A stretch of DNA of 48,179 bases, counting the filler, from Jimgerdemannia flammicorona (Eukaryota): the NCBI GenBank assembly GCA_003990765.1. It is 2 parts of 2 records of this genome, joined end to end, with 100 filler letters (N's around TTAATTAATTAA, not from the genome) between each part and the next. Parts side by side here need not be neighbours in the genome. Positions count along the whole stretch, not along the records: positions 24,141 to 48,179 come from RBNJ01001027.1; 1 more part is not named here. One strand, 5' to 3'. Of the stretch, positions 38,016 to 48,179 are shown piece after piece. Below the pieces are notes generated by a model. The model was not told the origin of the DNA, made no database searches, and saw nothing but the letters and a program-made list of their open reading frames with translations. The translations under genes and the position numbers were made by a program. Positions within the stretch are counted from its first letter, which is position 1. Every line of letters starts with the position of its first letter.

Positions 38016-40647
38016 ATATGTATATATGTATACAGATATTATCAGAAAGTCTAATAAGTAAATATAAAGCTTGCTTACTTACATTTAGTTAATATGACAA
38101 TATAATGAGTTTAGTTAATATAATAAAATATAAGTATATTAAACAAATATGCATTAAGTAAGTATACTAAGTAAGTATATTAAATAAATATATATTAAGT
38201 AAGTATGTCAAGCAAGTATATTTAGGGCAAAAGTATAAAGTCAATCAGATAAAGAATTCCATTTTAGGCCAGCATGTTTTATGATCACAAACTTACTGTT
38301 AAAATTTATATTATCCTTCCAATTCTTCTCTATTTTAAACCTAATATCAATATAAAGCTTTTTTGCTCATATTGCAACCTAAAGTACAAATCTGCCTCAG
38401 AATTAACTTGATATATCTATAAGATGTATAATATACTTATATAATATCAAAATAATAAGGCTATTTTTAAATTTCCAGTTCATTAAGATTTTTGTAACTC
38501 TAATACATATGTATTATACTACTATTATCTATAAATTTATTCACAGTTTATAAGTTAATCTTAAATGCCACACATATTTCAAGTTTGAGCAATTTATATA
38601 AACAAACTTGAAAGATTTCAGATAATCATACTAAGTATATATATAATTTAAGATAATATCAGTAGTTATAGTCTATCTTCAATTTAAGAATAAGAAAGTC
38701 TATCATTTAGCAAAAATAATAATTTAATTTAAGAGAAAAGACAATTGTTCAGAGAGAATGACAATTAAATTCAAGATCAGAAAAGTCCATCTACTATATT
38801 AGAGTTTGGCAAGAATTATATTATTTATAAACCATCTGGTGATCAGATTATTAATAGCAAGAAAGTACTTATACAGTATAATGAATTTATTTCTAAACTT
38901 GGATGGATACCTATAACTAATATAAATAATTCTTTATATCCTTAAAAGAATGATAGAGAAATTTGGCTTATGAATCTATTATTTCAAAGTAGAAATATAT
39001 CTTGAAAGATTGTAGATAAACTTCTTAATATATTTGTAGATAGAAGAATTTCAATAATAAATAGGTGTCTTTAGTTTATAAACTCAAAAAAGATAATAAA
39101 ACTTTTAGATATAGTAGCTAAAAATAGAGTAATATATAATTAAATAGTTAATATTTCTATTAAATTGATAAATATTCAGTAATTTTCTTTTTTAAATTAG
39201 CTTTTCAATTATAAAGTTTTTAACATCACTCATATATCTGAAACTTAGACTGGTAAATATATACTATTTTATCAAGATCTACTTACTATTCTATATAAGC
39301 TGATGTCAAATGCTTTGTTTGAGGATAATATGAAAATTAAAGTAGAGAAATACTATATGATAGATAGTATATAAAAGTACTCTAAGATATATTAGAGTGA
39401 TTTTTGATAGTAAACATAGGTAAAATAATAATTAATTTTAAGTTTACAAGTGATTAGTCAGTATACTCACTATTTATGAACTATAATTCTTTTTTCAAAC
39501 TATAGAAGAAACTCCTACTTAGTATAATAGTAATTCTGGTATGTATTACTTAGAATTAACCAAATATATTATAATCTATTTAGATATATCAAAATATATT
39601 TACTATATATTTCTATTAGCAATTTCTCTAAATATATTAGATGAATATACTTATAAAATATATTCTCAGTAATTGCATATTTTCTGATTATTAAAGGGAT
39701 TTCCAAAGAGACTGAAAAAGATCTTTTATAAAGGGAAAGTAGTTCTATATTATAGATATATATCATGGATATTTTGTAGATTATCTATAGTAGGAAAAAG
39801 ATAATATTTATAATTATAAAATTATATAGATAAAAATTTTATTATTTGATAGCTGATTATAAATATATTTTGTAATAATATTATTATATATAGACCAGAT
39901 GGCAAACTTCATAATTACTATTCAGTAGTTATGTCTTTTATGATCAATTATCTAGAGATATATTTGATCTGTCTGATCTGTATGAATTAAACCTGTCCAA
40001 AATATATAGCCCCTCACTTGTAATTTTCATGCCTTGATAAGATATATCCTTTATGAACAGTTTCTGAGATACAGAGAGCAGTTGTAAATATACAGATTTA
40101 CAATTTGAAAGGCAAATATAAAATAGCTGAAAAGAGTCTTCAAGAGTATAGATTGTAGAGACTAACTATATATATTAATTTTACTTGTTTTTGAATAAAT
40201 ATTTTTTATTAACAATTATATCATCTATCAACCAAACTCCAGAATATACTATAGAAACTATCTCTTATAAAAATTTATTCAATAATTATGCCTAATATAT
40301 TTTATTAAGTAAAAAAAGGTATCTGGGAACACCTGATCAATCTAACTCTTAATCTTATTAAGAGTTTATTTGAACACATATAGCAAACCTGCTTATACTA
40401 GAGCAGAATCTCTATATTTAGCTTATTTCTTGATATCTTAAGCTCAAAAAATTCTCTACTAGAATTTTAAATCTTATCAAATAACTGTAGCTGAATATCA
40501 ATAACTGATATATGTAAGTATTATATACATATATTATAATGAGTTTGTGAATTGTTTATGAACTTCTTATACATATAACTAAAAAAAAAAATTCTTTTAA
40601 AAGATATTCCTCCTATATATGAGAGGGATTTTCGAATTACTTAGTAT

Positions 40648-42434
40648 TGTAACAGACCAAAACGTACCACCTGAATTATAACTTAGCCAGATGACGCGAA
40701 TAATTAGCATACTTACTCAGCATGATGTGACTTCCAGTATATCATGGTTACTCATGCCTGCCACACTTATAATTAGCCAAGACACCAGATCAGGATTGTT
40801 TATCTGTGTCCTGAGGACACACTCATGTCCTGCGGACACACTCATGTTCTGCAGACACACTCATGTCCTGTGGACACACTCATGTCCTGTGGACACACTC
40901 ATGTCCTGTGGATACACCTGTACCCAGAGGACACACCTGAATATTACCGAAGATAGCAAATCTATAGTTAGCCACATAGTAACCAGATAGCAACCAACTT
41001 GTATAAATTACCCCAGAGATGAGAGTGAATAAAACCTCAGTCCGAATTGAAGTGCAAACCAAAGAAGCCTCTAAAGATTGAGCAATTGGTCCCCTTATTC
41101 CCACTCCAGTCCACTTTCTGATACAAAGCTGATTTTTCCACCTAAGTTCAAGGAGAACTTCGCCACCTTTGGAACTATTGGTTCACTTGCCAGATAAGCC
41201 TGAAGAATTGCCGCCTAAGTTCAAGAAGAACTTTGCCACCTTTTGAAGAACTTGCTGCTTAAAGGAATAAGCCGCGCTATTGGTACACTTGCCAGATAAG
41301 TCTGAAGAACCCTATCCTCCACCTTCCCAAGAAAGCCACCTTGCTCAAGTCAGTTTCTAATGCAACTTCACAGTGATCCATTTGCGCAAACGAAGCTAGT
41401 CTTTGATGTAACTTTGCCAAGAGACCCTTTCCCAAAGAATGCTGCCAGTTGTTTGTATTCCCGGTAGAAGCCTGCCGATTCAGGAAGAATCCGTGCCATC
41501 CCGTTTTCCAGTTAAAGCCCACCGATTCAGGAAGAATCTGTGTCACCTGCCATTTCTAAGCTATCCGCCATATTCCCAGTTGAAGCCGCTGATTTAGAAG
41601 AATCTGCACCATCTGAGTTAATTCCCAGTTGAAGCTGCCAATTCAGAAAGAATCTGCACCATCCCATTTCCCAGTTAGAGCTGCCAATTCAGGAAGAATC
41701 CATGTTACCCACTGTTTCTAAGCTATCCGCCATATTCCCAGTTGAAGCCACCAATTTAGAAGAATCTGCACCATCTGAGTTAATTCCCAGTTGAAGCTGC
41801 TGATTTAGAAGAATCTGCATCATCCACTATTTTCAAGTTATCCACATTCCCAGAGAACCTGTGCCCCCGAGTTATTGTTCCCAGAGGAGCCTGATTCACA
41901 CCATCCGAGTTATTCATTATTCCCAGTGAGCCTAGGAAGAATCCATGCCATACAATTCCCAGTGAGCCAAATTGAGTTATCCACCAGATTATCAGAATGT
42001 CCTGCATAAGGAACCCACTGCACTACACAAGAGATTGTCATGCTACACAGAGATCATCACACAGAAACCGCATAAGGAGAACTGCTAAATTGCCAGACCG
42101 TCATATACAAGGAGATCGTCGCACTATACAGAAATCACCCATTACTCAAGAAGGAAACTGCTCATGCTATACACAAATTCTGCCATTCCCAGTTGACCCA
42201 GGAAGGAAACCCATTCACACAAATTGCCGCTACACCCAGAGAACCATTCCAATTAGGAAATCGATATACAAATTACTCGCAGATATCTAGCTTTGACTAT
42301 TATACCGCTAAACACCAAGGACCTCAGGAATTATAGAACATTTTGTTGCTTTTTGACAAAGTAACTGGGGGCTCAAGCCTAACTATATCAACCCCCAACC
42401 TTGTAATTTGCCTCTATTGAGCCGGCACGTTACA
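40648..42434 (+). mobile_element. Solo LTR (1787 bp), related to element C LTRs; TSD GTAT
   Basis: TGTAACA...CGTTACA; GTAT at 40644-40647 and 42435-42438; shares blocks such as AAATCTATAGTTAGCC and TTGCCTCTATTGAGCC; retains more CpG. Confidence 0.93.
40808..40938 (+). repeat. 19-bp tandem repeat GGACACACTCATGTCCTGT, ~5 copies plus degenerate ends
   Basis: Read directly; the consensus unit holds the GGACA/TGTCC inverted pair. Confidence 0.92.
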
Positions 42435-43877
42435 GTATTGTCAAATGCTTTACAATATTTATTCTATATCTCATTACTAGTCTAGACTGAAAAAACACTT
42501 ATAGATCAAGATATACTATTATCTCAATTCAATAAACTAAAAGAACAGTTTACAGAGATCTCACTAAGTTTATTAAACTTTGAAAAACTCCATTCTCTGT
42601 AGCATATTTCTGAATCAACTTGAATATTTGATATACTAGATACATAATACTAATATAGTGTAATAGTTCTAGTTTCTTTAAGAGAAAGTAGCTAAGACTA
42701 GTAATTCTGGTGGGTCTATAGTATATAACATTATATTCAGAGTAGCTCATTCACTTGATCAGATATTTAGGATAGTGATGGCAGATTCACTTGTTAAGAA
42801 TTTTCTCAACCTTATACTCAATATGGTCTTCAATAATCACAGAGATAAATAGCTTGAAAATTTGATCAGAATAAAGTAGTGGCTGGTTTCAGATCTTGAG
42901 ATATAGCATATGAAAGACTAGATATACTCTTATGGTTTCAGATAAATTAAGATAGTAGGAGGATGCTGAGACTTATTTAGTGATCTCAAAGGGTCTAATA
43001 TACTTGGGTTAGAACTTATTTGATAGGTAGTTGACTTGAGATTATATCTTGAGGTTCTTAGTAGACATTAAGACTTAATCTACAATAGTATAGATAACAT
43101 CATAGTATATACTTGACTTGATACTATTGGGCCTTCTGGAGGTTTATAGTAGAAATCTTAAATAGCTCATCCATTTTATCAGTGAGGTTCTTAGTAGTAG
43201 GAACTTATATTTGACTGCTTTTTTTGAAAGAAACTAGACTTGCAGAGATCTCAGAATTTTGACTGTAGAGTAGTCAAAAAGGAGAAAGACTAGTAGATAA
43301 TTAGATAGTATTGTTATATACAAATTTTACATAAGTCAAGTAATGATCCCAATCATCTTACTTATAAGAAATATAGTTTATGAGTATCTATTTTAGAGTT
43401 CTATTTATATACTCAGTTTGTCTATTAGTTTGTGGGTAAAAGGTAGTAGACATGGGTCTTGAAGAGAGTTTGCTAAAAGTAGTACTCTGAATGGATGGAG
43501 TTGATCCAGATGAGATTTGATTCAGGTTCATCATGTGATGGATTTGAATCAACTCAGATTGGTCTCATGATCTGATCTGGATTGATCTGGATTGATCTGG
43601 ATTGATCCATCTGGATTGATCCATCCAGATGATCTATCTGGATTAATCCATCTAGATTGAAATCTTTAGTGACATCACCCTTTCTTTTGTTTATTTTGCT
43701 CTTGTTTTTTTTTTCCTACCACACTTTGGTGACATCACTCTTTCCTTTTGTTCCCTCTCTTTTCTTTATTCTTTTTCTTTATTTTTTTTCTTTATTCTTT
43801 CCTGCTGCATCATAAGCAAACAAAACAGTAGCTCTTAATTCATATATTAGTCTAGTCTACTCATTTTTTACCCTGCA

Positions 43878-45916
43878 ATGATCATCAAAAGAGGGAGTAT
43901 TCGAGGTGGAAACATACTCTCTGCTGACAATGTTAGATTCTTTCTCATATGGGCAGTACACAAGCTGCTTATCGAGAGCCAAAGGGGTGATGGCAGTAGC
44001 AATGGTAGTGGTGATAGTGATGGCGATGGTAGTGGCAATGGTGGTGGTGATGGCAGAGATGAGGGAGAATTCTGACAACAACTCATGGTGGCCCTTCAGA
44101 CTTCAGAATTCACAGACCTCATAGCTATATATGTGGTAGCCTTTTTGGAGCAGCTGATAGTAGATATAGGTTGCTCACTTGGCCACCACTTGTTTACTTG
44201 TGTTTATTTAAATTTCTCTAGTATGACCCAATTTACCTTATACTTTTCTTAGGATCTACAGCTCTATGGCGAGATCTGCCAACTTTATTTGCAATATCTG
44301 GTCAAGATGAAAAAAGGCTGGCAGATGTTGTGGGGCATGCCTTTGGTGGCTGAGCTATTGAGTCAATACATTGCATAGTGGAGGTCTCAAAAGAAACAGA
44401 AGCAAGCCTTTATGAGCAATCTTGTGCAACTTGTACAACTCATTAGTGTGCAACTTATTGGCATACAGCTCACTCACTCATACTCTTTTTCTGAAATACC
44501 CATCTCTGTGTTTTATTTAATTTCATTTTTTATATAATCTCCCCCTAAAAAACACCCACACTCACATGCAACCTGCTCATATACAACTTGTCTACATGCA
44601 ACTCATCTGCATGCAACCCATCTACACACTTATCTCAGTTCCTTATATCAGAGCTCAGTTCTATTGGAAAGGAGAGTTCAAAGTTATCAGAGTTCAACCA
44701 CATCCAGTATCTGATCAAATAGAGAAATTTGAGGGCAAGATGTTCAGCATGAGTAGTATCAGCATCATCATCAAGGCTTGGGGGTCTACATTCAAATCAG
44801 AGTCAATCATTCTTGACCAAGGGGTCCATTGGCCAGCAGGAGTAACTAATGACAAAGAGAACTATACTATTATTAATGAATATGGAGAGGTGGTTGCAAT
44901 GGTGGTAAGGAACCTCTATGGTGATGAGCTTCACCACCACATCAATAAGATTTGTGAGGATTGCATCAAATACCAGATGGCAGAAAAGAGGGGGCAAAAA
45001 AAGCAAGGAGGGGGGGTTTGGACAGGAATTGGATATACTATAACACTGGTAAAGGGTGGGTTCTGGAGTTCTGAAATCCCCTGCACTCATCTCCCTTTTT
45101 TTTTCTCCTCTCCAGATAAATCACACTCTTTGCTGATATACTCTTTTTGATACAATTCCAGGAATATACAAGATTCTGTACCCCTACCAGAACTTTAGAA
45201 GTGCTGTTGAAGAGCAAACTATGCATGAGCATGACATGGCCTGTGCAGTGATGCCAGCTATAATCTGGAGTTCTTTGAGCAGATTGATAGAGCATATGGC
45301 AGGCCAGCTTGGTGGTGATCTCAGCATGGCTATTTGTACATTCTTGGCACAATTTAGCATGCCATATGAGGTGAGGAGCTCTGCTTTTTGGGGGTGCTGC
45401 AGCCCAGGGAGTTTCTGCAGCTCAGGGGATTTCTGTGGCCTGGGGGATTTCTGCCCCCCTGTACACAAAAAGAACTAACCAGTTGCCATCCATTTTGGCA
45501 GATTTTCAAGCCAGGGCTCCTGGGGCTGGACCAAGAGCAGACATCCACCAGTATAGCCTAGCAGTATGAGGTCCTGGGCCAAGAGTTCACCCAACTGTAT
45601 GCTCATGTCACATCAGGATATATGTATCAGGCACAATGTTTCTCTACCTATACATACAGATAACAATGTTACCCCAGTAATGTTTTACATCCTGGAAAGG
45701 AAGGGCCCAACCTGGGAGAATAGCAGAGGAGTCTGGTATGACCTCATCTATGGTTTCGAGATCCTGTTTGCAGTCAACATGGCTGTCCTCTTCCAACCAC
45801 ATGACCACCATAGTACCATTGCCTTTAAGGAGAGCTTGGACACAATAGTCATCACACTCATAACAGATGATAGACTCATCAAGGCCTGGGACTGGTGGGT
45901 GGAGCAGTTTTTGTAA
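43878..45916 (+). pseudogene. Spliced TET/JBP-like Fe(II)/2OG dioxygenase gene (exons ~43878-44170, 44253-~44432, 44652-45048, 45162-45370, 45502-45916) with stops and frameshifts
   Basis: IINEYGEVVAMVVRN, KRG...GIG, then RHNVSLPIHTDNN (HxD at 45653-45661), G-x-W-x-L, AVLF, HHST (distal His ~45809) and a final hydrophobic strand. GTAAAG/GTGAGG donors, GCTGAT/CTAAC branch points and CAG acceptors are visible. Confidence 0.6.
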
Positions 45917-45919
45917 GAG

Positions 45920-46780
45920 TTAGGCAATCTTTTGTGAGGGATAGGCAGTCTTTTGTGAGGGTTAGGCAGTCATTTTGTATGGATTGGGCAGTCTTATGTG
46001 GGGGGTTGGGCTGAGTGCCTCTTTCTGTAGCACTAGCTTAGCCATTATGCAGAGCCCTACTGACCCCTTGGTTCTGCTCTGCAGTACCACTGATATAGTG
46101 CTGCAGCACAGGGCCAGGGTGTCCATAGAACCTGAACTGGTGATGGGGCCCAAATCTGTGGTGGACTTCAACTGCTGGAAGTACTCTCTAACCGCTGGAA
46201 ACACCCTCTGACTATCTGAAGTACCCTCCGACCACCAGAAGCACCCTCCGACTGCCAGAAGCACCCTCCACCCTGGACTCCTTGGTGGCTTAGGACTGCC
46301 CCTATACTACTGGCAGAGGGCTGTAAATTTTGTGTACTCCCTCTGCCTGCCCTGCCTATCTCAGACACTTGTGGCTTGGGGCTGCCCCTTGCTGCTGGCA
46401 GAAGGCCACAAATTTTGTGCACTCTCTCCATCGACCCCATGCCCACCAACCCTGCCAACCAACCCTGCCCACTGGTCTAGGTACTGACAGCTTGAGGCTG
46501 CCCCTCACTGCTGGCAGAGGGTCACAAATTTTGTATACTCTCTCTACCTACTCCCCCCTCTGCCTCCCTCCCTCTGCCAACCCCCCCCCTGACCAGGACA
46601 CTTGTGGCTTGGGGCTGCCTCTTGCTGCCAGCAGAGGGTCACAAATTTTGTACACTCTCTCTGCCAATGCATGCCCACCCACCAATCCACCCACTAACCT
46701 GGGCACTGACAGCTTGGGACTGCTCCTTGCTACTAGCAGAGGGCCACAAATACTGCACACTCCCTCTGCTGCCACCACCA
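45920..46780. repeat. Composite repeats between the convergent genes (GGCAGTCTTTTGTGAGGG; CCAGAAGCACCCTCC; GGCAGAGGGTCACAAATTTTGTAYACTC x5)
   Basis: Motif copies at ~46311, 46396, 46513, 46631 and 46736. Confidence 0.8.
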
Positions 46781-46929
46781 ACCCTGCTGACCACTTGGGC
46801 TGTAAACTCCAGGCTGAGTTCTCAGGATTTTTTACCTTTTTATTATTTTGAAAGGTATTAAATATTCCACAAGGCTAACCAACTTATCCATAAACCCCCA
46901 GGACCTGCTGAATTTTAGTGGCCTGAGCC

Positions 46930-48160
46930 TTACCAAGACTTCAGACACATATATGTCCAGATTGTCTCAGCATTCAGTGTATACCTCTTTGGGGCAATGA
47001 GGTCCACCTTACCTGAGAACAACCGCTTGATGAGAGTGCTGGAGGTAGGAATTGCCAGGTAGTTCCAAGCCATATCATATAGGCTGGGGAAGTCTGTTTG
47101 ATGCAGCTGCATACTCTGGTGGGTAGAGCAATGGGTAGAGTAGTGGTTAGATTGATGGATTAAATTGGCCCAATGCCCATCTAACAACCCACCTTCCACC
47201 AGTTGAGCACCTCTGCACCCTCCAGCAGGATCACACAGTTACTGGTAAGATAAATGGTAAGTTCATCTATTGATGGTAGCTCTTTCACTGATGGCTCCCT
47301 CTTCCTCTTTCTGCTGAAGTAAATGTGGAATAGGAGGGATTCCTCAGTATATTCATCCAGACTTCAGCTGGAACCTTGCAGTGGTATATAGTTTTTCTGG
47401 TATACTTCGATTATGGCCTACTTGGTTCTCTCAATGAAGTGCTGCTCTCAGTCCTGATCTTTATGGTATTGTAGCTTTAAGTGTGGGTCCAGCACTATTC
47501 GAAGAAAAGGAAGAGTGAGTTTTTGTGGGGGTTTCTCTATTTTGGAAGAGGTAATGACCATATACTGACATTGACATACCTATACTAATTGAGTATATGG
47601 CAGTATCTATTTAGGAGTAGTATTTTCTGAGCTTGCTTAGAGTAACCTCTATGGCATCTCTCTGATCTAGGCTCAACCATAAATCACTGCAACCCTCTAG
47701 CCTATCCTTGAGCTTGTCCTCTAGCCAGTCAATCAGAAGGTTGTATACTGATATTGTCGAACTTATTTTGGAGTCATTTGTTTAACTATATCCTTCATAC
47801 AATTGTCAAAACACTAGCAGTTATATGTGGTGAGATATTGCATTATACAGAGGCAGACAAAACAAGTGTGGAGCCAGAGCAATCACCACTTACTTCCAAA
47901 CTCTGACAACATTCCTAAGTACATCTCACTCACTTTCACCTAGAGCCTTGGCCTATATTTCCTTATCAGCAGCTACTGTTGAATCTATTGGCTTTTTTTG
48001 TTTTTTGTTTTTTTTTTAAATAAATCTTCAATTATCTGAAATAAGTTGCTTCAGCTGAGTGAAGAAAAAAAGAATATATATCATAGCAAACTCCAGCATG
48101 TGCTGGATCATTGCAAATGTTGAGTTCTAACGTATACAGATGTCCAATATAAGCTCTTTT
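46930..48160 (-). pseudogene. hAT transposase, C-terminal part with dimerisation domain, spliced and decayed
   Basis: LDICIR*NSTFAMI (RWNS motif), YNLLIDWLE, KLRKYY, VLDPHLKL, VLNWWK-intron-LHQTDFPSLYDMAWNYLAIPTSSTLIKRLFS...MCLKSW. Confidence 0.93.
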
Positions 48161-48179
48161 GGGGCTTTTTTTTTTTTTT

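Larger units (their letters stand above)
38200..43479 (+). mobile_element. Plavaka-type (CMC/CACTA-related) transposase pseudogene, interrupted by a solo LTR
   Basis: ILFYQDLLTILYKLMSNALFEDNMKIKVE...Y.SDF** (~39260-39420; cf. YRDPxxxIxxLxxNPxF...WW); LYISISNFSKYIR (~39600); NFEKLHSL*HISEST*IFDILD (~42577-42640; cf. NFPKxHSLxHYxxSIxxFG). Boundaries approximate. Confidence 0.75.
43480..48179 (-). mobile_element. hAT-family DNA transposon (right end outside window), with putative terminus at ~43480 and subterminal GATCTGGATT repeats at 43490-43660
   Basis: hAT transposase at 46930-48160; a GATCYRGAT motif cluster begins where Plavaka-like coding stops. The TIR cannot be confirmed without the other end. 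Confidence 0.55.

Noticed and set aside
41455..41960. CRISPR-like repeat/spacer appearance
   Set aside because: Lies inside a eukaryotic LTR, the spacers are themselves repeated, and there are no cas genes.
46168..46861. Overlapping ORFs of 77-173 aa
   Set aside because: Arise from tandem repeats between the convergent genes.

Overview
Eukaryotic, most likely fungal DNA; the gene and transposon styles suggest an early-diverging lineage such as Mucoromycota, which is an inference. About 85% of the window is nested, transition-decayed transposons. In order: an L1-like LINE 5' part (1-2040, -); two related Ty3/gypsy copies (-) whose LTRs directly flank a 1.3 kb (TTAG)n array, with a structurally complete DIRS1-like tyrosine-recombinase retroelement nested in the second copy's integrase; a CpG-rich gene island (17.9-24 kb) with an intact F-box/LRR-like gene and its inverted, LTR-truncated pseudogene paralog; an assembly gap; a LINE 3' end; a Plavaka-type DNA transposon carrying a full-length dUTPase-bearing gypsy and a related solo LTR; and a hAT element running off the right edge. 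Two observations stand out. (1) A spliced TET/JBP-like Fe/2OG-dioxygenase gene lies between the putative hAT terminus and the hAT transposase, in a genome whose repeats show heavy C>T decay. (2) A near full-length U6 snRNA copy is inserted in the gypsy RT, flanked by a 16-bp perfectly palindromic target duplication. All domain calls come from motif reading by eye; no searches were run.
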